A model generated the notes under the pieces. It was not told the origin of the DNA and did no database searches. It saw only the letters and a list, made by a program, of their open reading frames with translations. The translations under genes and the position numbers were made by a program. DNA of 64,000 bases, taken from positions 29,178,822 through 29,242,821 of the forward strand of contig NC_057719.1 in assembly GCF_004010195.1 (NCBI RefSeq), read 5' to 3'. The DNA is from Chiloscyllium plagiosum. Lineage: Eukaryota. Below, one piece after another: positions 63,062 through 64,000 of the stretch (position 1 is its first letter; every line of letters begins with the position of its first letter).

Positions 63062-63197
63062 GAATTCTAACTTATCCATTGGGAAAACAGCATCAAAGTC
63101 ACCTGGGTTTTGTTTCTTGAATACTTCCACGCCCAAATCCACTGAATTTAATTTATTTGGAAAAACAGCATTCGACTTAAGCAACACCCCAGAGCAG
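63062..63197 (+). CDS. SIX6OS1: Putative exon (NSNLSIGKTASKSPGFCFLNTSTPKSTEFNLFGKTAFDLSNTPEQ)
   Basis: ctttgcattag| acceptor, CAG|gtaaaa donor; aligns gaplessly with recalled human C14orf39 segment ESPGLSFLMSYTSRSPGLNLFDSSVFDTEISSDQ. Confidence 0.72.
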
Positions 63198-63289
63198 GTA
63201 AAAGTTTATTTTTAACATTGTCATAGCACTTTGATATTTACCAATTTGGCAGAAGAGACTTTGGCATAATTTATGCTTTTTCATACTTA

Positions 63290-63990
63290 GGATGTGGCAT
63301 CACTGGTTAGGCCAGCATTTGTTCCCCATTCCTAATTGCCCTTGAGAAGGTGATGTTGAGCTGCTTTCGTGAACTGGTGTAGCCTACCTGATGATATAAA
63401 TGTTTTTGATAGAGTTCAAGCATGTACTTTTTACTCTGAGTTTTATTTCAACTATTCACTGACTGAAAGTTTTCCAACTTTCTGACTGACTAATTTTTAT
63501 ACACTTTTTAAAAGTTAACTAATTAGTTTACAATATCTGTTGCCTTATTACCTTTAACTCCGAGATATTTAGCATCCCATTAACAAATCAGATATGAACA
63601 ACAGGTGCATCCACAATGCTGTTAAGTAGAGAGTTCAAAGATGTTGACTCAGTGAAAGAGTAGTGATACAGTTCCAAGACAGGCTGATGTGTGGCTGGGA
63701 GGGGAACTTGCATCAGTGTTCCAATGTATATCCTGTCATTGTCCTATTAAGTAGTAGAAAGCACAGATTTAAAATGCAGTGCATCTTGCAGATGGTACAC
63801 ACTGCTGCCACTATGCATCAGTGGTAGAAGGACTGAATGTTAAAATAATAATTTGGGTGCTAATCAATTATGCTGTTTTGTGTCGAGCTTAGGGTGCTGT
63901 CAAACTTCTTGAATGTCATTTTAGCTCAACTCATACAGCAAGTGGAGAATATTCCAATACTTCCTGACTTGTGCTTCATAGATGATGGAG
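63290..63990 (-). mobile_element. Fragments of the second LINE family (3' end)
   Basis: Reverse-complement similarity to 41270-41700 and 5500-5900. Confidence 0.65.
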
Positions 63991-64000
63991 TAGTTTTGAG

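Overview
Vertebrate, repeat-saturated, mostly intronic DNA. HE1-type tRNA SINEs plus abundant CR1 and Penelope-like elements suggest a shark or other cartilaginous fish (inference). Most ORF-track entries are decayed transposon fragments. Eight small + strand exons (9259-63197, including a 17-nt micro-exon) splice into one open frame whose 3' part resembles the meiotic synaptonemal-complex protein SIX6OS1 (C14orf39). The introns hold nested CR1, L2/Rex-like and Tx1 LINEs, three Penelope-like (RT + GIY-YIG) families with hammerhead-ribozyme-like motifs, Gypsy elements, solo LTRs, SINEs, MITEs and Harbinger remnants. The most unusual signal is a tandem stack of 5'-truncated Tx1/L1-type copies, each bounded by the same ~11-bp motif (CATACTCCTGT). 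The stack sits beside the TATA box of a Gypsy LTR, and a second, independent LTR copy appears to be hit at the same site. This suggests a target-specific retrotransposon that parasitises an LTR retrotransposon. Other notable items are inverted-arm Penelope insertions with a constant ~30-nt tail and TSDs, a small inversion with a 16-bp inverted duplication, and a Penelope/CR1 chimera inside one TSD. Two assembly gaps (36159-36789, 47260-47522). Family names and protein similarities are from memory; no searches were run.
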